Source: Eubacteriales bacterium (GTDB lineage: Bacteria; Bacillota; Clostridia; Oscillospirales; CAG-272). Taken from it: a stretch of DNA of 64,000 nucleotides. This document shows, in pieces, positions 24,183 to 35,452 of this stretch. Position numbers and translations under genes: made by a program. The notes below the pieces were generated by a model that was not told the DNA's origin, ran no database searches, and saw only the letters and a list, made by a program, of their open reading frames with translations. The stretch's first letter is position 1; each line of letters starts with the position of its first letter. Location: NCBI GenBank assembly GCA_045649045.1, contig JAZRPF010000043.1:459-64458 (forward strand). Reading direction: 5' to 3'.

Positions 24183-25043
24183 ATGATTATGAAAAGCGAA
24201 AAAACACTCATGTATCAGATTACCGAAACCAGTCCCTTCATGATGTCCTTTGTCATCGTTACGAAAAACAACAATGCCATTGTCATTGACGGTGGCAGAC
24301 CGGCCGATATGCCGCTTCTCAAGCAGTATATTGGTGGCAGACATATTTCCGCATGGATTTTGACACACGCCCATGAAGACCATATCAGTGGCATGATTGA
24401 TGAATACAAGAAAAACAAATGGGCTGATTTTGATATAGAAAAGATCTACTTCAACTTCCCCTTTGAATACCTCGATGACCCCAAGCTTGAAAACAATTGG
24501 GATGTCCATGAAACTCTCCCCGCCTTTGCTGAAATTCTGCCGGAATTTGAGGACAAAACCTATACCCCCAAGCAAGGCGACTCCATCCAGATTGACGAAA
24601 TCAAAATTGACTTTATTTTCACCTATCATACCCAAATCAAAAACAATCTGATGAACAACAGCTCGCTCGTCTTTAAGGTGATTACCCCGAACACATCTGT
24701 ACTCTTCCTTGGCGACATCGGTGTTGAAGCGGGCAACTGGCTCTATTTTGAATCAAGACATCTTTTGAAGTCCGATATGGTACAGATGGCACACCACGGC
24801 TCCTTCTGCTGCGGTATGGAGGTCTATGCGGCTGCAAGGCCTGATGTCTGTCTATGGTGCTGCCGTGAGGAAAACTATAACGGACTCAAAATCGGTACAC
24901 GCGACTACGAAGAATTCAGAAAGAACGGCTGGCTTGCACCCGCCGGTATGTTTCCCGCTACCGTAACACGCGAATGGATGGATATTCTTGGCGCAAAGAA
25001 GCATTATGTCACAAAGGACGGCACAAACGAAATCGTCCTGTAA
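24183..25043 (+). CDS. MBL-fold metallo-hydrolase
   Basis: ILTHAHEDHISG (HxHxDH motif) and a later MAHHGS motif. Confidence 0.8.
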   Translation: MIMKSEKTLMYQITETSPFMMSFVIVTKNNNAIVIDGGRPADMPLLKQYIGGRHISAWILTHAHEDHISGMIDEYKKNKWADFDIEKIYFNFPFEYLDDPKLENNWDVHETLPAFAEILPEFEDKTYTPKQGDSIQIDEIKIDFIFTYHTQIKNNLMNNSSLVFKVITPNTSVLFLGDIGVEAGNWLYFESRHLLKSDMVQMAHHGSFCCGMEVYAAARPDVCLWCCREENYNGLKIGTRDYEEFRKNGWLAPAGMFPATVTREWMDILGAKKHYVTKDGTNEIVL

Positions 25044-25121
25044 TCATAGGGGGGTATGCGATAGCAATATCGGCGTACCCCTACGATTTTACCGCTCGAA
25101 CGCAACTGAAAGGAAAAACCT

Positions 25122-25700
25122 ATGGAAAAAGCATCAAAGCTATCTCGGATTCTGACGCTCTTTTTAACCTTTTTGAAAATCGGCGCATTCACCTTTGGCG
25201 GCGGTTACGCGATGATTCCGCTCATTCAGCGTGATGTCGTTGAAAAGCACCGCTGGATTACAGATGATGACATTCTGGAAATTATTGCCATTGCCGAATC
25301 AACCCCTGGCCCCATTGCCATCAACTCGGCAACCTTCGTCGGATACCGAGTGGCAGGCTTCTTCGGTGCATTTGCCGCAACACTTGGCGTTGTGCTACCG
25401 TCATTCGTCGTCATTTCGCTCATCTCAGTCGTGCTTCGCGAGTTTCAGCACATCAAGGCTGTCCGTTACGCCTTCTTCGGCATTCGTGCAGGCGTGCTTG
25501 CCCTGCTTTTGAAAGCACTCTTCGGAATGTACCGCAAATGCCCGAAAGGTCTTATTTCCTATATTGTCATCGCATTTGCCTTCCTCACCGCAGCAATTCT
25601 TGACATCAATGTCCTGCTTGTCATTATCGGCTGTGCCGTAATTGGTCTTGTCTATTCGCTTATTGTAGGTCGCAAAGCCTCATCCCACAGTCAGAAATAA
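25122..25700 (+). CDS. chrA: Chromate transporter (ChrA family, half-size), subunit 1
   Basis: FLKIGAFTFGGGYAMIPLIQRDVVEKHRWI...ESTPGPIAINSATFVGY. Confidence 0.85.
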   Translation: MEKASKLSRILTLFLTFLKIGAFTFGGGYAMIPLIQRDVVEKHRWITDDDILEIIAIAESTPGPIAINSATFVGYRVAGFFGAFAATLGVVLPSFVVISLISVVLREFQHIKAVRYAFFGIRAGVLALLLKALFGMYRKCPKGLISYIVIAFAFLTAAILDINVLLVIIGCAVIGLVYSLIVGRKASSHSQK

Positions 25701-25715
25701 TTGTGAAAGGACATC

Positions 25716-26300
25716 ATGATGATTTTTTTAGAGCTTTTTTTAACATTTTTCAAAATCGGTCTTTTCACCTTTGGTGGTGGCTATGCCATGCTTCCCCTGA
25801 TTCAAGCCGAAACAGTCGCAAAGGGGTGGGTGAGTGAGGCTGAAATTGTCAATTTCATTGCCGTCAGCGAAAGCACCCCCGGCCCCTTCGCCATCAATAT
25901 GGCAACCTATATCGGTATTGAGCGCGCAGGTATTTTTGGTGCTGTTTGTGCAACGCTCGGCGTCGTTCTTCCCTCCTTTGTCGTCATTTTAATTGTCGCG
26001 CGGATTTTTGATAAATTCAAGAAAAACCGCATTGTCAGCGGATGTATGACAGGCCTCAAGCCTGCCGTTATTGGCTTGATTGCCGCCGCCATCATCTCGG
26101 TCGGCGCAACCGTCTTTCTCCCGCACGGCTTTGCAAAGGATATTTTTCAAAATGTCGCATTCTATATATCCCTCGCAATTTTTGCCGTCATGATAGTGCT
26201 TGCCTTCAAGAAGGTCCACCCTATTCTCATCATTACCCTCTCTGCCGCCATCGGCATTGCGGCAGGCTATTTACTTGAAATCCCCATCCAAATAATTTAA
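25716..26300 (+). CDS. chrA: Chromate transporter (ChrA family, half-size), subunit 2
   Basis: FFKIGLFTFGGGYAMLPLIQAETVAKGWV...ESTPGPFAINMATYIG. Paralogous to the preceding gene. Confidence 0.85.
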   Translation: MMIFLELFLTFFKIGLFTFGGGYAMLPLIQAETVAKGWVSEAEIVNFIAVSESTPGPFAINMATYIGIERAGIFGAVCATLGVVLPSFVVILIVARIFDKFKKNRIVSGCMTGLKPAVIGLIAAAIISVGATVFLPHGFAKDIFQNVAFYISLAIFAVMIVLAFKKVHPILIITLSAAIGIAAGYLLEIPIQII

Positions 26301-26305
26301 TTTTT

Positions 26306-26358
26306 TGCCCTTCCTGTAAGCATCTGTGTAACACAAGCTATGCAGGAAGGGCATTTTT
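26306..26358 (+). terminator. Terminator after the chrA pair (large-loop hairpin)
   Basis: TGCCCTTCCTG...CAGGAAGGGCA followed by TTTTT. Confidence 0.5.
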
Positions 26359-26401
26359 CACCGCATATACTCTAAAAGGATTTCCTGAAAGAAAATTCCG
26401 C

Positions 26402-26430
26402 TTTACATTTTGATTGGCTTGTGTTATAAT
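26402..26430 (+). promoter_or_regulatory. uvrB promoter (TTTACA-17-TATAAT, TGt extended -10)
   Basis: cTTTACAttttgattggcttgtgtTATAATaaagg. No GAAC-N4-GTTC LexA-type box seen nearby. Confidence 0.65.
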
Positions 26431-26473
26431 AAAGGTTGATAGAAAACGGTTTTCAAAAGAAAGGAAGCAAGCA

Positions 26474-28438
26474 ATGGGCATTTTCAAGCTGCACAGTCAG
26501 TTCGCCCCTACAGGTGATCAGCCCGAGGCTATTGACGGCTTGGTACGCGGTCTTGAGCGTGGCGACAAGGAACAGGTATTGCTCGGTGTCACAGGCTCGG
26601 GCAAAACCTTCACAATGGCAAATGTCATTGCGCGTATGAATCGCCCGACACTTGTACTCGCCCACAACAAAACCCTCGCCGCACAGCTTTGCTCGGAATT
26701 CAGAGAGTTCTTCCCCGAAAATGCCGTTGAATATTTTGTATCCTACTACGATTACTATCAGCCCGAGGCGTATATTCCCGGCAAGGATATGTATATCGAA
26801 AAGGATGCCATGATAAACGATGAGATTGACCAATTGAGGCATAGCGCGACATCCGCGCTTTTTGAGCGTCGGGATGTCATTATTGTAGCGAGTGTTTCCT
26901 GTATTTACAGCTTGGGTGACCCTGATGATTACCAAAGTATGCTGGTCTCGGTCCGACCGGGGCAAGCCATGCAAAGAGATGAGCTGATTGCCGCCTTGAT
27001 TGGCATTCAGTATGAACGCAACGATTTGAACTTCGTCCGTGATAAGTTCCGTGTACGCGGCGATGTGGTGGAAATTCTGCCCGCCGCCTCGCGCGACCGC
27101 GCCATCCGTGTCGAATTTTTCGGTGATGAAATTGAACGGGTAAGTGAAATTCATACAGTCACGGGAGAATATTTGCAGAATCTTTCCTATGCGGCAATTT
27201 TCCCCGCCACACACTATGCCGTTTCGACCGAAAAGCGTCTGCGTGCCTTGCAGGAAATTGAAGATGAAATGCATGAGCGAGCCACATTCTTTCGCGCACA
27301 AAACCGCTTGATTGAAGCACAGCGCATTGAAGAACGCACAAAATATGACCTTGAAATGCTCCGTGAGGTAGGCTATTGCTCGGGCGTTGAAAACTATTCA
27401 CGCGTACTTGCAGGAAGAGCAGCAGGCTCTACCCCCTTCACCCTGCTTGACTATTTTCCCAAGGACTTTTTACTCTTTGTCGACGAATCTCATGCGACCT
27501 TGCCACAGGTACGCGCCATGAGCGGCGGTGACTTCTCACGCAAGCAGAATCTGATTGAATATGGCTTTCGCCTGCCCTCCGCTTACGATAACCGTCCACT
27601 CCGCTTTGAAGAATTTGAGTCCAAGCTGAATCAGATTGTCTATGTCAGCGCCACACCCGGCCCTTACGAAAAAAAGCGCGCGGTCGCGACGGTTGAGCAG
27701 ATTATCCGACCGACAGGCTTGCTCGATCCCGAAATTACGGTGCGCCCGATTGCAGGACAGGTCGAGGATTTGATTTCAGAGCTGCATGACACCATCGCAC
27801 AGGGGGATAAAGCTCTTGTCACCACTCTCACCACAAAAATGGCGGAGGATTTGACAGACTATCTGTCTACACGCGGCATCAAGGTGAAATATATTCATCA
27901 CAATGTCGAAACCATTGAGCGTATGCAGATTATCCGCGATTTGCGTATGGGTGAATTTGATGTACTGGTCGGCATCAACCTTCTTCGAGAGGGACTGGAC
28001 ATTCCCGAGGTTTCACTTGTCGCGGTTCTCGATGCCGACAAAGAGGGCTTATTGCGTTCCGAAACCGCACTCATTCAGACAGTCGGCCGCGCCGCAAGAC
28101 ATCTTAACGGTCATGTTATCTTCTATGCCGATACCGTGACGCGCTCCATGGATGCCGCCATTCGCGAGACAGAGCGCCGCCGCACGATTCAGAAGGCGTA
28201 TAACGAGGCGCACGGCATCACCCCGCGAAGCGTTCAAAAGGATATTCGCGACCTTATCGAAATTGGCCGTCGCGACGATACCGACAAGGCAGGCAAGAAG
28301 AAAAAGCTGACCGCGAAGGAGCGCGCACGCACCATAGAAGAGCTGACAGCCGAAATGAAGCGTGCATCTGCACACCTTGAATTTGAACGCGCGGCATATC
28401 TGCGTGACAGAATCAAGGAGCTGCGTACAACAAAATAA
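26474..28438 (+). CDS. uvrB: Excinuclease ABC subunit B
   Basis: [27 protein letters not shown]...[15 protein letters not shown].... The C-terminus carries a UVR motif ([17 protein letters not shown]). Confidence 0.97.
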   Translation: MGIFKLHSQFAPTGDQPEAIDGLVRGLERGDKEQVLLGVTGSGKTFTMANVIARMNRPTLVLAHNKTLAAQLCSEFREFFPENAVEYFVSYYDYYQPEAYIPGKDMYIEKDAMINDEIDQLRHSATSALFERRDVIIVASVSCIYSLGDPDDYQSMLVSVRPGQAMQRDELIAALIGIQYERNDLNFVRDKFRVRGDVVEILPAASRDRAIRVEFFGDEIERVSEIHTVTGEYLQNLSYAAIFPATHYAVSTEKRLRALQEIEDEMHERATFFRAQNRLIEAQRIEERTKYDLEMLREVGYCSGVENYSRVLAGRAAGSTPFTLLDYFPKDFLLFVDESHATLPQVRAMSGGDFSRKQNLIEYGFRLPSAYDNRPLRFEEFESKLNQIVYVSATPGPYEKKRAVATVEQIIRPTGLLDPEITVRPIAGQVEDLISELHDTIAQGDKALVTTLTTKMAEDLTDYLSTRGIKVKYIHHNVETIERMQIIRDLRMGEFDVLVGINLLREGLDIPEVSLVAVLDADKEGLLRSETALIQTVGRAARHLNGHVIFYADTVTRSMDAAIRETERRRTIQKAYNEAHGITPRSVQKDIRDLIEIGRRDDTDKAGKKKKLTAKERARTIEELTAEMKRASAHLEFERAAYLRDRIKELRTTK

Positions 28439-28483
28439 ATTTGCTTTGTCGATTGCAAAGCAACAAAAATCAGGACTGAACAC

Positions 28484-31384
28484 ATGAAAGATTATTTACG
28501 CATCCGCGGTGCGCGGGTACACAACCTGAAAAACATCAACCTGGATATTCCGCGAGACAGCTTGGTTGTCTTAACAGGCTTATCGGGCTCGGGCAAGTCA
28601 TCGCTTGCCTTTGACACCCTCTACGCTGAGGGACATCGCCGCTTTGTCGAATCTCTCTCCTCCTATGCCCGTCAGTTTTTGGGGCAAATGGACAAGCCCG
28701 ATGTTGACTCAATCGAGGGACTCTCCCCTGCCATTTCCATCGACCAAAAAACCACCTCACGCAATCCGCGCTCAACTGTCGGAACAGTGACTGAAATTTA
28801 CGATTACCTACGCTTGCTTTATGCGCGGGTGGGTATTCCGCACTGTCCCGTCTGTGGCAAGGAAATTGCCCGTCAGACTGTCGACGGCATCATCTCCCGC
28901 GTAGAAAGACTGTCAGAGGGACGGCGTTTCCTTGTTCTTGCGCCTGTTGTGCGTGGCGTAAAGGGTACGCACGAAAAGGTACTTGCCGATGCACGCAAGG
29001 GTGGTTATGTCCGCGTGCGAATTGACGGCAATTTTTATGAGCTTTCCGAGGAAATCAAGCTTGAAAAGAATTTGCGGCATACGATTGATGTCGTGCTTGA
29101 CCGCTTGGTGATGCGCGAGGGCATTCGCTCACGGCTTGCCGATTCGATTGAGGCGGCACTTGCACTCGCCGATGACCGCGTGGTCATTTCGGTGCTTGAA
29201 GGGCGAGAGGGTGAGCCTGCCGAGGAATTTGAATTTTCCTTAAAATATGCGTGTGAGGAGCACGGTATCAGCTTCGGCGAGCTTGAACCGCGTATGTTCT
29301 CCTTCAACAACCCCTTCGGTGCCTGCCCCGAATGTGCGGGCATTGGCACGATGCAGGATATTTCACCCGAAAAGCTCATTCCTCGCCGCGAACTTTCTCT
29401 CGCGGAAGGAGCGATTGCCTGTAACGGCTTCAAATCACTTGAAGAGGAAAGCTGGAACGGCCCTCTTGTCCGCGCTGTCGGTGAACGCCACGGCTTCGAT
29501 TTACACACCCCGATTGAACAGTTTTCGAGCGAATCACTCCGCGCCCTTCTATACGGTACAGGCACAGAGACCTATGATGTCGTGCGCTACTTTGACCGCA
29601 CCTCAAAGCGTCAGCACGCCATGTTCGAGGGGATTATCCCTATCATTCGTCGCCGCATGGAAATGGCAGGAGGCGACTATTATCAGGAATTTATCGAAGA
29701 GCATGATTGCCCCAGATGTCGCGGCAGGCGACTTTCGGACGAGATTCTCTCGGTCACAGTCGGTGGTCTGAACATTGACGAGATTTGCCGTCTGTCGATT
29801 GCCGATATGCTTTCATTTGTCGAAAGCCTCTCGCTTTCAGGATCCGCCGCTGAAATTGCACGCGAAATTCTGAAGGAAATCCGCGCGCGTCTCTCCTTCC
29901 TGCAAAGTGTCGGGCTTGACTACCTCACGCTTGCACGCAAGGCAGGCACACTCTCGGGTGGCGAGGCACAACGCATCCGCCTTGCAACACAGATCGGCTC
30001 TTCGCTTGTCGGTGTCCTCTATATTCTTGACGAGCCGAGCATCGGTCTGCATCAGCGCGACAATGACAAGCTGATATCCACGCTCAAGCGACTTCGCGAC
30101 CTTGGCAACACGGTTATTGTGGTGGAGCATGACGAGGATACCATGGGTGCGGCTGACTATGTTGTGGATATCGGTCCGGGCGCGGGTATACACGGCGGTC
30201 ACATTGTGGCAAGCGGTACACCCCTGGAGGTTTCCAAAAACAAAAATTCCATCACAGGCGACTACCTGTCAGGCAGACGCTTCATTCCTGTGCCTGCAAC
30301 AAGACGCTCGGGCAACGGTCATATGCTGACTGTCAAAGGCGCGTCCGAAAACAACCTGAAGAACATTGATGTTTCCTTCCCACTCGGTTGCTTTGTCTGC
30401 GTAACGGGCGTTTCGGGATCGGGAAAATCCTCGCTTGTCAACGGTATTCTCTACCGTTCTCTTTCGCATACACTCAACCGCGCCTTTACGGTTGCGGGCA
30501 AACACCGTGCGATAGAGGGCGCGGAGCACCTTGACAAAATTATTGCCATTGACCAAAGCCCGATAGGCCGCACACCGCGCTCCAATCCCGCCACCTATAC
30601 GGGTGTTTTCGGGGACATTCGCGAGCTTTTCGCCAAAACCCCCGACGCGCGTGCGCGCGGCTATACAGCAGGCAGATTCTCCTTTAACACCAAGGGGGGC
30701 AGATGCGAGGCGTGTGAGGGTGGCGGTGTCAAATGTATCGAAATGCATTTTCTGCCCGATGTCTATGTCAAATGCGATGTGTGTGGCGGTATGCGCTACA
30801 ACAAAGACACATTAGAGGTGCGCTATAAAGGTAAAAATATCTATGATGTTCTGGATATGTCGGTTGAGGAGGGGCTTGCCTTCTTTGATGGCATTCCGCA
30901 AATTGTCCGTAAGCTGAAAACACTCTGCGATGTCGGACTTGGCTATATCAAAATCGGTCAGTCCTCCACAACGCTGTCAGGCGGTGAGGCACAACGCGTC
31001 AAGCTGGCAACCGAGCTTGCGCGCCGTAGTACAGGTAAAACCCTCTACCTTTTGGACGAGCCGACAACAGGACTCCATACGCATGATGTTTCCATGCTGA
31101 TCCGCGTCCTGCACCGTCTGGTTGAAAGCGGTAACACTGTGCTTGTCATTGAGCATAATCTTGACTTCATCAAAACTGCCGATTACCTGATTGACCTCGG
31201 GCCCGAGGGCGGAGATGGCGGTGGTCAGATTGTCGCCGTCGGTACACCCGAGGAGGTGGCAAAGGTCAAAGCTTCTTATACAGGCAAATATCTTGCACCC
31301 AAGCTGGCATCCGCTTCTGTCTCGCCGTCTCCCTCTCTCGATGAAAAACCGAAAGCCAAATGTGGCAGAAAAAAAGCTGAATGA
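28484..31384 (+). CDS. uvrA: Excinuclease ABC subunit A
   Basis: [44 protein letters not shown].... Two ABC ATPase modules and zinc-finger Cys motifs. Confidence 0.97.
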   Translation: MKDYLRIRGARVHNLKNINLDIPRDSLVVLTGLSGSGKSSLAFDTLYAEGHRRFVESLSSYARQFLGQMDKPDVDSIEGLSPAISIDQKTTSRNPRSTVGTVTEIYDYLRLLYARVGIPHCPVCGKEIARQTVDGIISRVERLSEGRRFLVLAPVVRGVKGTHEKVLADARKGGYVRVRIDGNFYELSEEIKLEKNLRHTIDVVLDRLVMREGIRSRLADSIEAALALADDRVVISVLEGREGEPAEEFEFSLKYACEEHGISFGELEPRMFSFNNPFGACPECAGIGTMQDISPEKLIPRRELSLAEGAIACNGFKSLEEESWNGPLVRAVGERHGFDLHTPIEQFSSESLRALLYGTGTETYDVVRYFDRTSKRQHAMFEGIIPIIRRRMEMAGGDYYQEFIEEHDCPRCRGRRLSDEILSVTVGGLNIDEICRLSIADMLSFVESLSLSGSAAEIAREILKEIRARLSFLQSVGLDYLTLARKAGTLSGGEAQRIRLATQIGSSLVGVLYILDEPSIGLHQRDNDKLISTLKRLRDLGNTVIVVEHDEDTMGAADYVVDIGPGAGIHGGHIVASGTPLEVSKNKNSITGDYLSGRRFIPVPATRRSGNGHMLTVKGASENNLKNIDVSFPLGCFVCVTGVSGSGKSSLVNGILYRSLSHTLNRAFTVAGKHRAIEGAEHLDKIIAIDQSPIGRTPRSNPATYTGVFGDIRELFAKTPDARARGYTAGRFSFNTKGGRCEACEGGGVKCIEMHFLPDVYVKCDVCGGMRYNKDTLEVRYKGKNIYDVLDMSVEEGLAFFDGIPQIVRKLKTLCDVGLGYIKIGQSSTTLSGGEAQRVKLATELARRSTGKTLYLLDEPTTGLHTHDVSMLIRVLHRLVESGNTVLVIEHNLDFIKTADYLIDLGPEGGDGGGQIVAVGTPEEVAKVKASYTGKYLAPKLASASVSPSPSLDEKPKAKCGRKKAE

Positions 31385-31398
31385 CGAAAGGATACACC

Positions 31399-31848
31399 AT
31401 GACAAAACCGAGCATTTTGATTAAAAAGCTTGAAAAATCAGCAAAAATACCGACATACGGCTCGCCTGACGCGGCAGGTGCTGACCTCTACGCCCTGTCC
31501 GAGATGGGTGAGGTCACCTTTGCCCCAGGCGAAACCGTGATGATACGGACAGGCATCGCCATCTCCATTCCTAAGGGGTATGCAGGACTGATTTATGCAC
31601 GAAGCGGTCTTGCCTGTAAGCGCGGTCTTGCGCCTGCAAACAAGGTCGGCGTCATTGATGCCGATTATCGCGGTGAAATCATGGTCGCACTCCACAACCA
31701 CACAAATGAGGCGGTCACACTTGCGGCGGGTGAGCGCATTGCACAGCTTGTTGTCACCCCCTGCCTCATGCCCGACTTTACCGAATGTGACGAGCTTGAC
31801 GATACCTTGCGCGGCGAGGGTGGCTTTGGCTCAACAGGTACTCTTTGA
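31399..31848 (+). CDS. dut: dUTP diphosphatase
   Basis: ...AGADLYA...GVIDADYRGEI...RGEGGFGSTG. AAAGGA RBS before ATG 31399. Confidence 0.9.
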   Translation: MTKPSILIKKLEKSAKIPTYGSPDAAGADLYALSEMGEVTFAPGETVMIRTGIAISIPKGYAGLIYARSGLACKRGLAPANKVGVIDADYRGEIMVALHNHTNEAVTLAAGERIAQLVVTPCLMPDFTECDELDDTLRGEGGFGSTGTL

Positions 31849-31942
31849 CTTCAGAAAGGATTTTAACACCGTGAAGGAGCTATTCAATCTTCTGTTCCAT
31901 TTCAAATTCAAGGCGCTCTTTTTTGAGCCTACCGAAAACGGC

Positions 31943-32326
31943 ATGATCAAATTTTTCCGCTACTGCTTTGTCGGCGGAATCGCCTTTGTCGTTGACTACG
32001 CCGTTGCTGCCCTGACCTTTATTCTGATGGGAGAAAATACCCTCTCAACCGTCGTCGGCACGACGCTCGGTTTTATCTTCGGCCTCATTGTCAACTTCGC
32101 CCTCTCCAAGAAATTCGTTTTCACCGAGGACGCCAAGAGCGTCTCAAAGAAGGGTGAATTTCTCTCCTACGCCATCATCGGCATTGTCGGCTTGGGACTG
32201 AATATCCTTCTGATGATGCTCGCAACCGAGTGGCTTTTGGAGATGAATCAGTTTATCGCCAAAATTGTTGTCGCGCTTATTGTTCTCGTCTATAATTTTC
32301 TGGCAAGAAAGCTTCTTTTGTATTAA
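31943..32326 (+). CDS. GtrA-like membrane protein
   Basis: MIKFFRYCFVGGIAFVVDYAV...LSKKFVF...IVVALIVLVYNFLARKLLLY, with four TMs. The start may be GTG 31872. Confidence 0.75.
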   Translation: MIKFFRYCFVGGIAFVVDYAVAALTFILMGENTLSTVVGTTLGFIFGLIVNFALSKKFVFTEDAKSVSKKGEFLSYAIIGIVGLGLNILLMMLATEWLLEMNQFIAKIVVALIVLVYNFLARKLLLY

Positions 32327-32403
32327 AGATTCATTTGCCGGAATAAAACTCACATCAAAACGAAAAGCGAGCTTATGGCATGTACTCTTAAGGACAGTAA
32401 TTT

Positions 32404-32439
32404 AAAAGGCTGAACGAAATCAATCGTTCAGCCTTTTTT
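32404..32439 (+). terminator. Terminator after the gtrA-like gene
   Basis: AAAA-GGCTGAACG-aaatcaat-CGTTCAGCC-TTTTTT. Confidence 0.85.
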
Positions 32440-32544
32440 CGTAGGGCAATTCACGAATCACCCGTTTATAAGGTCTTAGGATTATCCTAAATCACCGGAA
32501 GACGGTACACACCTTCCCTACTTGTTACAGTACAGGACAAAGAG

Positions 32545-33384
32545 TCATTTTTCAATCATCCCATTAACAGCATTTAATCCGTAGTTCTTCAAAATTTTTA
32601 CTGCATTTTCTACATCTTCATATGTGGTTTCGGTATTCGGAAGTGTGTTCTTCATCGAAAGGGCTTGATATCTGGATGCAGCAAAGTGATGATATTGTAA
32701 TACCTTCACCTTTTCTATACCTTTCTTATTGCTCAAAAACTCACCGATTCGGTCACACTCACAATCATTGTAACCTTTGACAAGCGGATATCTGATTTCA
32801 ATCTTACAATTCCTTTCAGACAGAAATTTTAAATTTTCCAGTATCAACTGATTATCCCTACCTGTGCATTTTTTATGCACATTTGAGTCAATCGCTTTTA
32901 TGTCATATAAGAATTTATCGGTAAAAGGAATTATGGATTCTATAATCTCTTGTTTTACGAAACCGCATGTATCAATATAGACACTTATGCCTTTTTCCTT
33001 AAGTTTATATGCAAGTGCAATGGCAAAATCAGGTTGTGCAAGACATTCACCGCCGGACAATGTAACACCGCCACCACTGTTCCTGAAAAAAACTTCGTCT
33101 TGTATCAGCGTATCCACAAGGTCATTTACCTCATATTCGGTGCCGTACAGCATAAGTGCATCAGCAGGACAACTTTGCGCCGTTATATCGTTATGTTCAC
33201 CTCTACAAATACCGCATTGTACACATTTATTCCTGTAAAAAGCAATTTGTTTTTCAAACGATATACTTTCCGGATTGTGACACCAAATACATTTCAGTGG
33301 ACAGCCTTTAAAAAATACGGTTGTTCTAAGTCCGTCACCGCCGTGCGATTCCATTCGTTTTATTCCTGAAATCAGACCTTTCAT
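32545..33384 (-). CDS. Glycyl-radical enzyme activating enzyme (radical SAM)
   Basis: ...HGGDGLRTTVFFKGCPLKCIWCHNPES... (CxxxCxxC), an additional Cys-rich ferredoxin-like insert (CVQCGIC...C), and the GGGVTLSGGE SAM motif. The ATGA overlap couples it to the GRE gene. Confidence 0.9.
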   Translation of the reverse strand: MKGLISGIKRMESHGGDGLRTTVFFKGCPLKCIWCHNPESISFEKQIAFYRNKCVQCGICRGEHNDITAQSCPADALMLYGTEYEVNDLVDTLIQDEVFFRNSGGGVTLSGGECLAQPDFAIALAYKLKEKGISVYIDTCGFVKQEIIESIIPFTDKFLYDIKAIDSNVHKKCTGRDNQLILENLKFLSERNCKIEIRYPLVKGYNDCECDRIGEFLSNKKGIEKVKVLQYHHFAASRYQALSMKNTLPNTETTYEDVENAVKILKNYGLNAVNGMIEK

Positions 33385-35447
33385 CGTATTGACCTCGCTA
33401 TAAATTCATCCTTCTCTTTTTCACTGAGTGATGAAAACAATACGTTCCAACCGCACAATCTCACCTGTAAGTTAGGATACTTTTGAGGATTGAGTTTAGC
33501 CTCTTTCAGAATTTCTGTATCAAGCACATTATAATGCACAGCAAATCCACCAAGTTCAAAATATGTTTTGAGCGTAGAAACAAATGTTTTCAGGCCATTT
33601 TCGCCTTGAACAGCTGACGAATGAAGGTCTATATCCACAATTGTTCCGTTGGGAGTTTTTGAAGAATCAATAGATGCAACAGAGAGAAGATGTGCTGTAG
33701 CGCCATCACGGTCAGCACCAAAGGTTGCACTCGTATTCTGCGAAAGTGTTTCTTTTGCATATCTTCCGTCGGCAGAGGCTGCTGTTTTCTCACCAAAATC
33801 CCAGCGCCAGTTAATGGAAATTAATCCAAGTCTGTACACCCCGCCTTTCACATTTGGTTTTCCACTTATAGCACCAGAAAGGACATTGACAATATCTTTT
33901 GCAAGTTCATTGGTTTTCTTGTCGTTCATTCCAAATTTAGGGAACTTGTTCTTAATCAGCAAACGAAGAGCTTCTTGACCATCCCAGTTGGATTTTAATA
34001 TTTCTATCAATTCATTTAAGGTCAGGATTTTATCTTCAAACACTGCCTTTTTTATTGCAATAAGAGAATCTACAGCTGTTGCAAGACCAATTGCGTTAAC
34101 TGATGAATTGTTGTATTTTGCAGTATAATCACAGTATAAATCTCCGCCTTTTTCCAACGCAGAGGTATAAGTTCCTGAAAGTATGGGCGCAGAATGAACA
34201 TGTTTATAATGCGCTTCACAAATATCAGTAATTTTCATTGCACAATTACACATATACACAAGCTGTTTTTTAAACTCGGTATATAATGCATCATAGCTGT
34301 CAAAGCATCCGCTGTTTTCCGGTCCGACCTGCTTATCTGAGAGCATTGTTTTACCGTGGTTGAGCGCAAGCTCCAATGCAAGCGGAACATTTACTCTTGC
34401 ATTGCTCGAGCATGTCAGCTCGCCATCTCCGCCGCATTCATAACAACCGACAACATGATAGTTCACTGCATCTTCGTGCTTTTCTCCCATTTTTTCAAGA
34501 GACTCTATGATTTTTGCGTCCGACATAAATACTATACTGTTATTTCCGTTGCGAACGGCATCAAGAGCATTACTTATTATGTCGTCAGGTGTGTTTTCCG
34601 AACACAAAAGATGGAATTTTGTGTTGTTGGTATTTGCTATTGTATATGCATCCAAAATCAAATATGAAAGCTTATTGATTAAACTGTTCCCGGAACAATC
34701 TGTTCCGCCAAGAGCAAAAGGAATATTGGCAGGAGCATTCAATCGGTCTATCTCTTTGAGAAAGTCAATAAGTAGCTCTTTGACACTGCTTTCATCCTCA
34801 TCTTGACAGAAAGGATCAAAAAGGCTGTCAAGTCGGCCGAGTGTTCTTAAAAATGTCCCTTCAAACATAAGTTGCAACACATAATAAATTATCGTTGTCT
34901 GCATCGCTTCAAATAAATTGGAGGGAGCTTTTTCTGTCAGGTTTGCGATGCCTGCCGCCATTTCTGCCTTTCCGTTTTCTTTGGCGACTTCTGAAGCTCG
35001 TTTCATAAAACGCAAAGCAGCATCATAAACTTTTGATATTTCGTTATAAAATCTCTGTTTCTTTTTGTCATCTTTGTTCTTTTGAGCATAGTCGGATATT
35101 CTTTTTCTCAAGCCTGAAATACCTAAGGAAATTACACTTTCCCATTCCGCTGTAGTATGGCTGAAATCATACATGCCTGTGTATGCAAGGGTTTCATCGC
35201 CTACAGAAAGGTCAGTTTCAACAATTTCAGGACGATAATACTGATTTAATCTTTTCCAGTAAACTTCGTGTTGCACCTCGGCGCAATTGACTTCAACAAA
35301 GAAACGGTTATTTTCCGGCACTGTAATTTCACAGTTTTCGAGAAGATACACAATGTTTTGACAATCCAGCTCTAAAACATCGTCGTTTTTTCCAACTTCA
35401 AAATTTTGCATAGCATATTCAAGCAATTCTTCTCTTCTTAATGACAT
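33381..35447 (-). CDS. Glycyl-radical enzyme of unknown substrate (short, ~688 aa)
   Basis: Cys-loop HVVGCYECGG (G-C-x-E) at codon 34443-34445. C-terminal glycine-radical motif ...YPNLQVRLCGWNVLFSSLSEKEKDEFIARS, with Gly at 33450-33452. I prefer ATG 35447 (AAAGGA RBS) over the track's GTG 35456. Confidence 0.85.
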   Translation of the reverse strand: MSLRREELLEYAMQNFEVGKNDDVLELDCQNIVYLLENCEITVPENNRFFVEVNCAEVQHEVYWKRLNQYYRPEIVETDLSVGDETLAYTGMYDFSHTTAEWESVISLGISGLRKRISDYAQKNKDDKKKQRFYNEISKVYDAALRFMKRASEVAKENGKAEMAAGIANLTEKAPSNLFEAMQTTIIYYVLQLMFEGTFLRTLGRLDSLFDPFCQDEDESSVKELLIDFLKEIDRLNAPANIPFALGGTDCSGNSLINKLSYLILDAYTIANTNNTKFHLLCSENTPDDIISNALDAVRNGNNSIVFMSDAKIIESLEKMGEKHEDAVNYHVVGCYECGGDGELTCSSNARVNVPLALELALNHGKTMLSDKQVGPENSGCFDSYDALYTEFKKQLVYMCNCAMKITDICEAHYKHVHSAPILSGTYTSALEKGGDLYCDYTAKYNNSSVNAIGLATAVDSLIAIKKAVFEDKILTLNELIEILKSNWDGQEALRLLIKNKFPKFGMNDKKTNELAKDIVNVLSGAISGKPNVKGGVYRLGLISINWRWDFGEKTAASADGRYAKETLSQNTSATFGADRDGATAHLLSVASIDSSKTPNGTIVDIDLHSSAVQGENGLKTFVSTLKTYFELGGFAVHYNVLDTEILKEAKLNPQKYPNLQVRLCGWNVLFSSLSEKEKDEFIARSIR

Positions 35448-35452
35448 AACAA

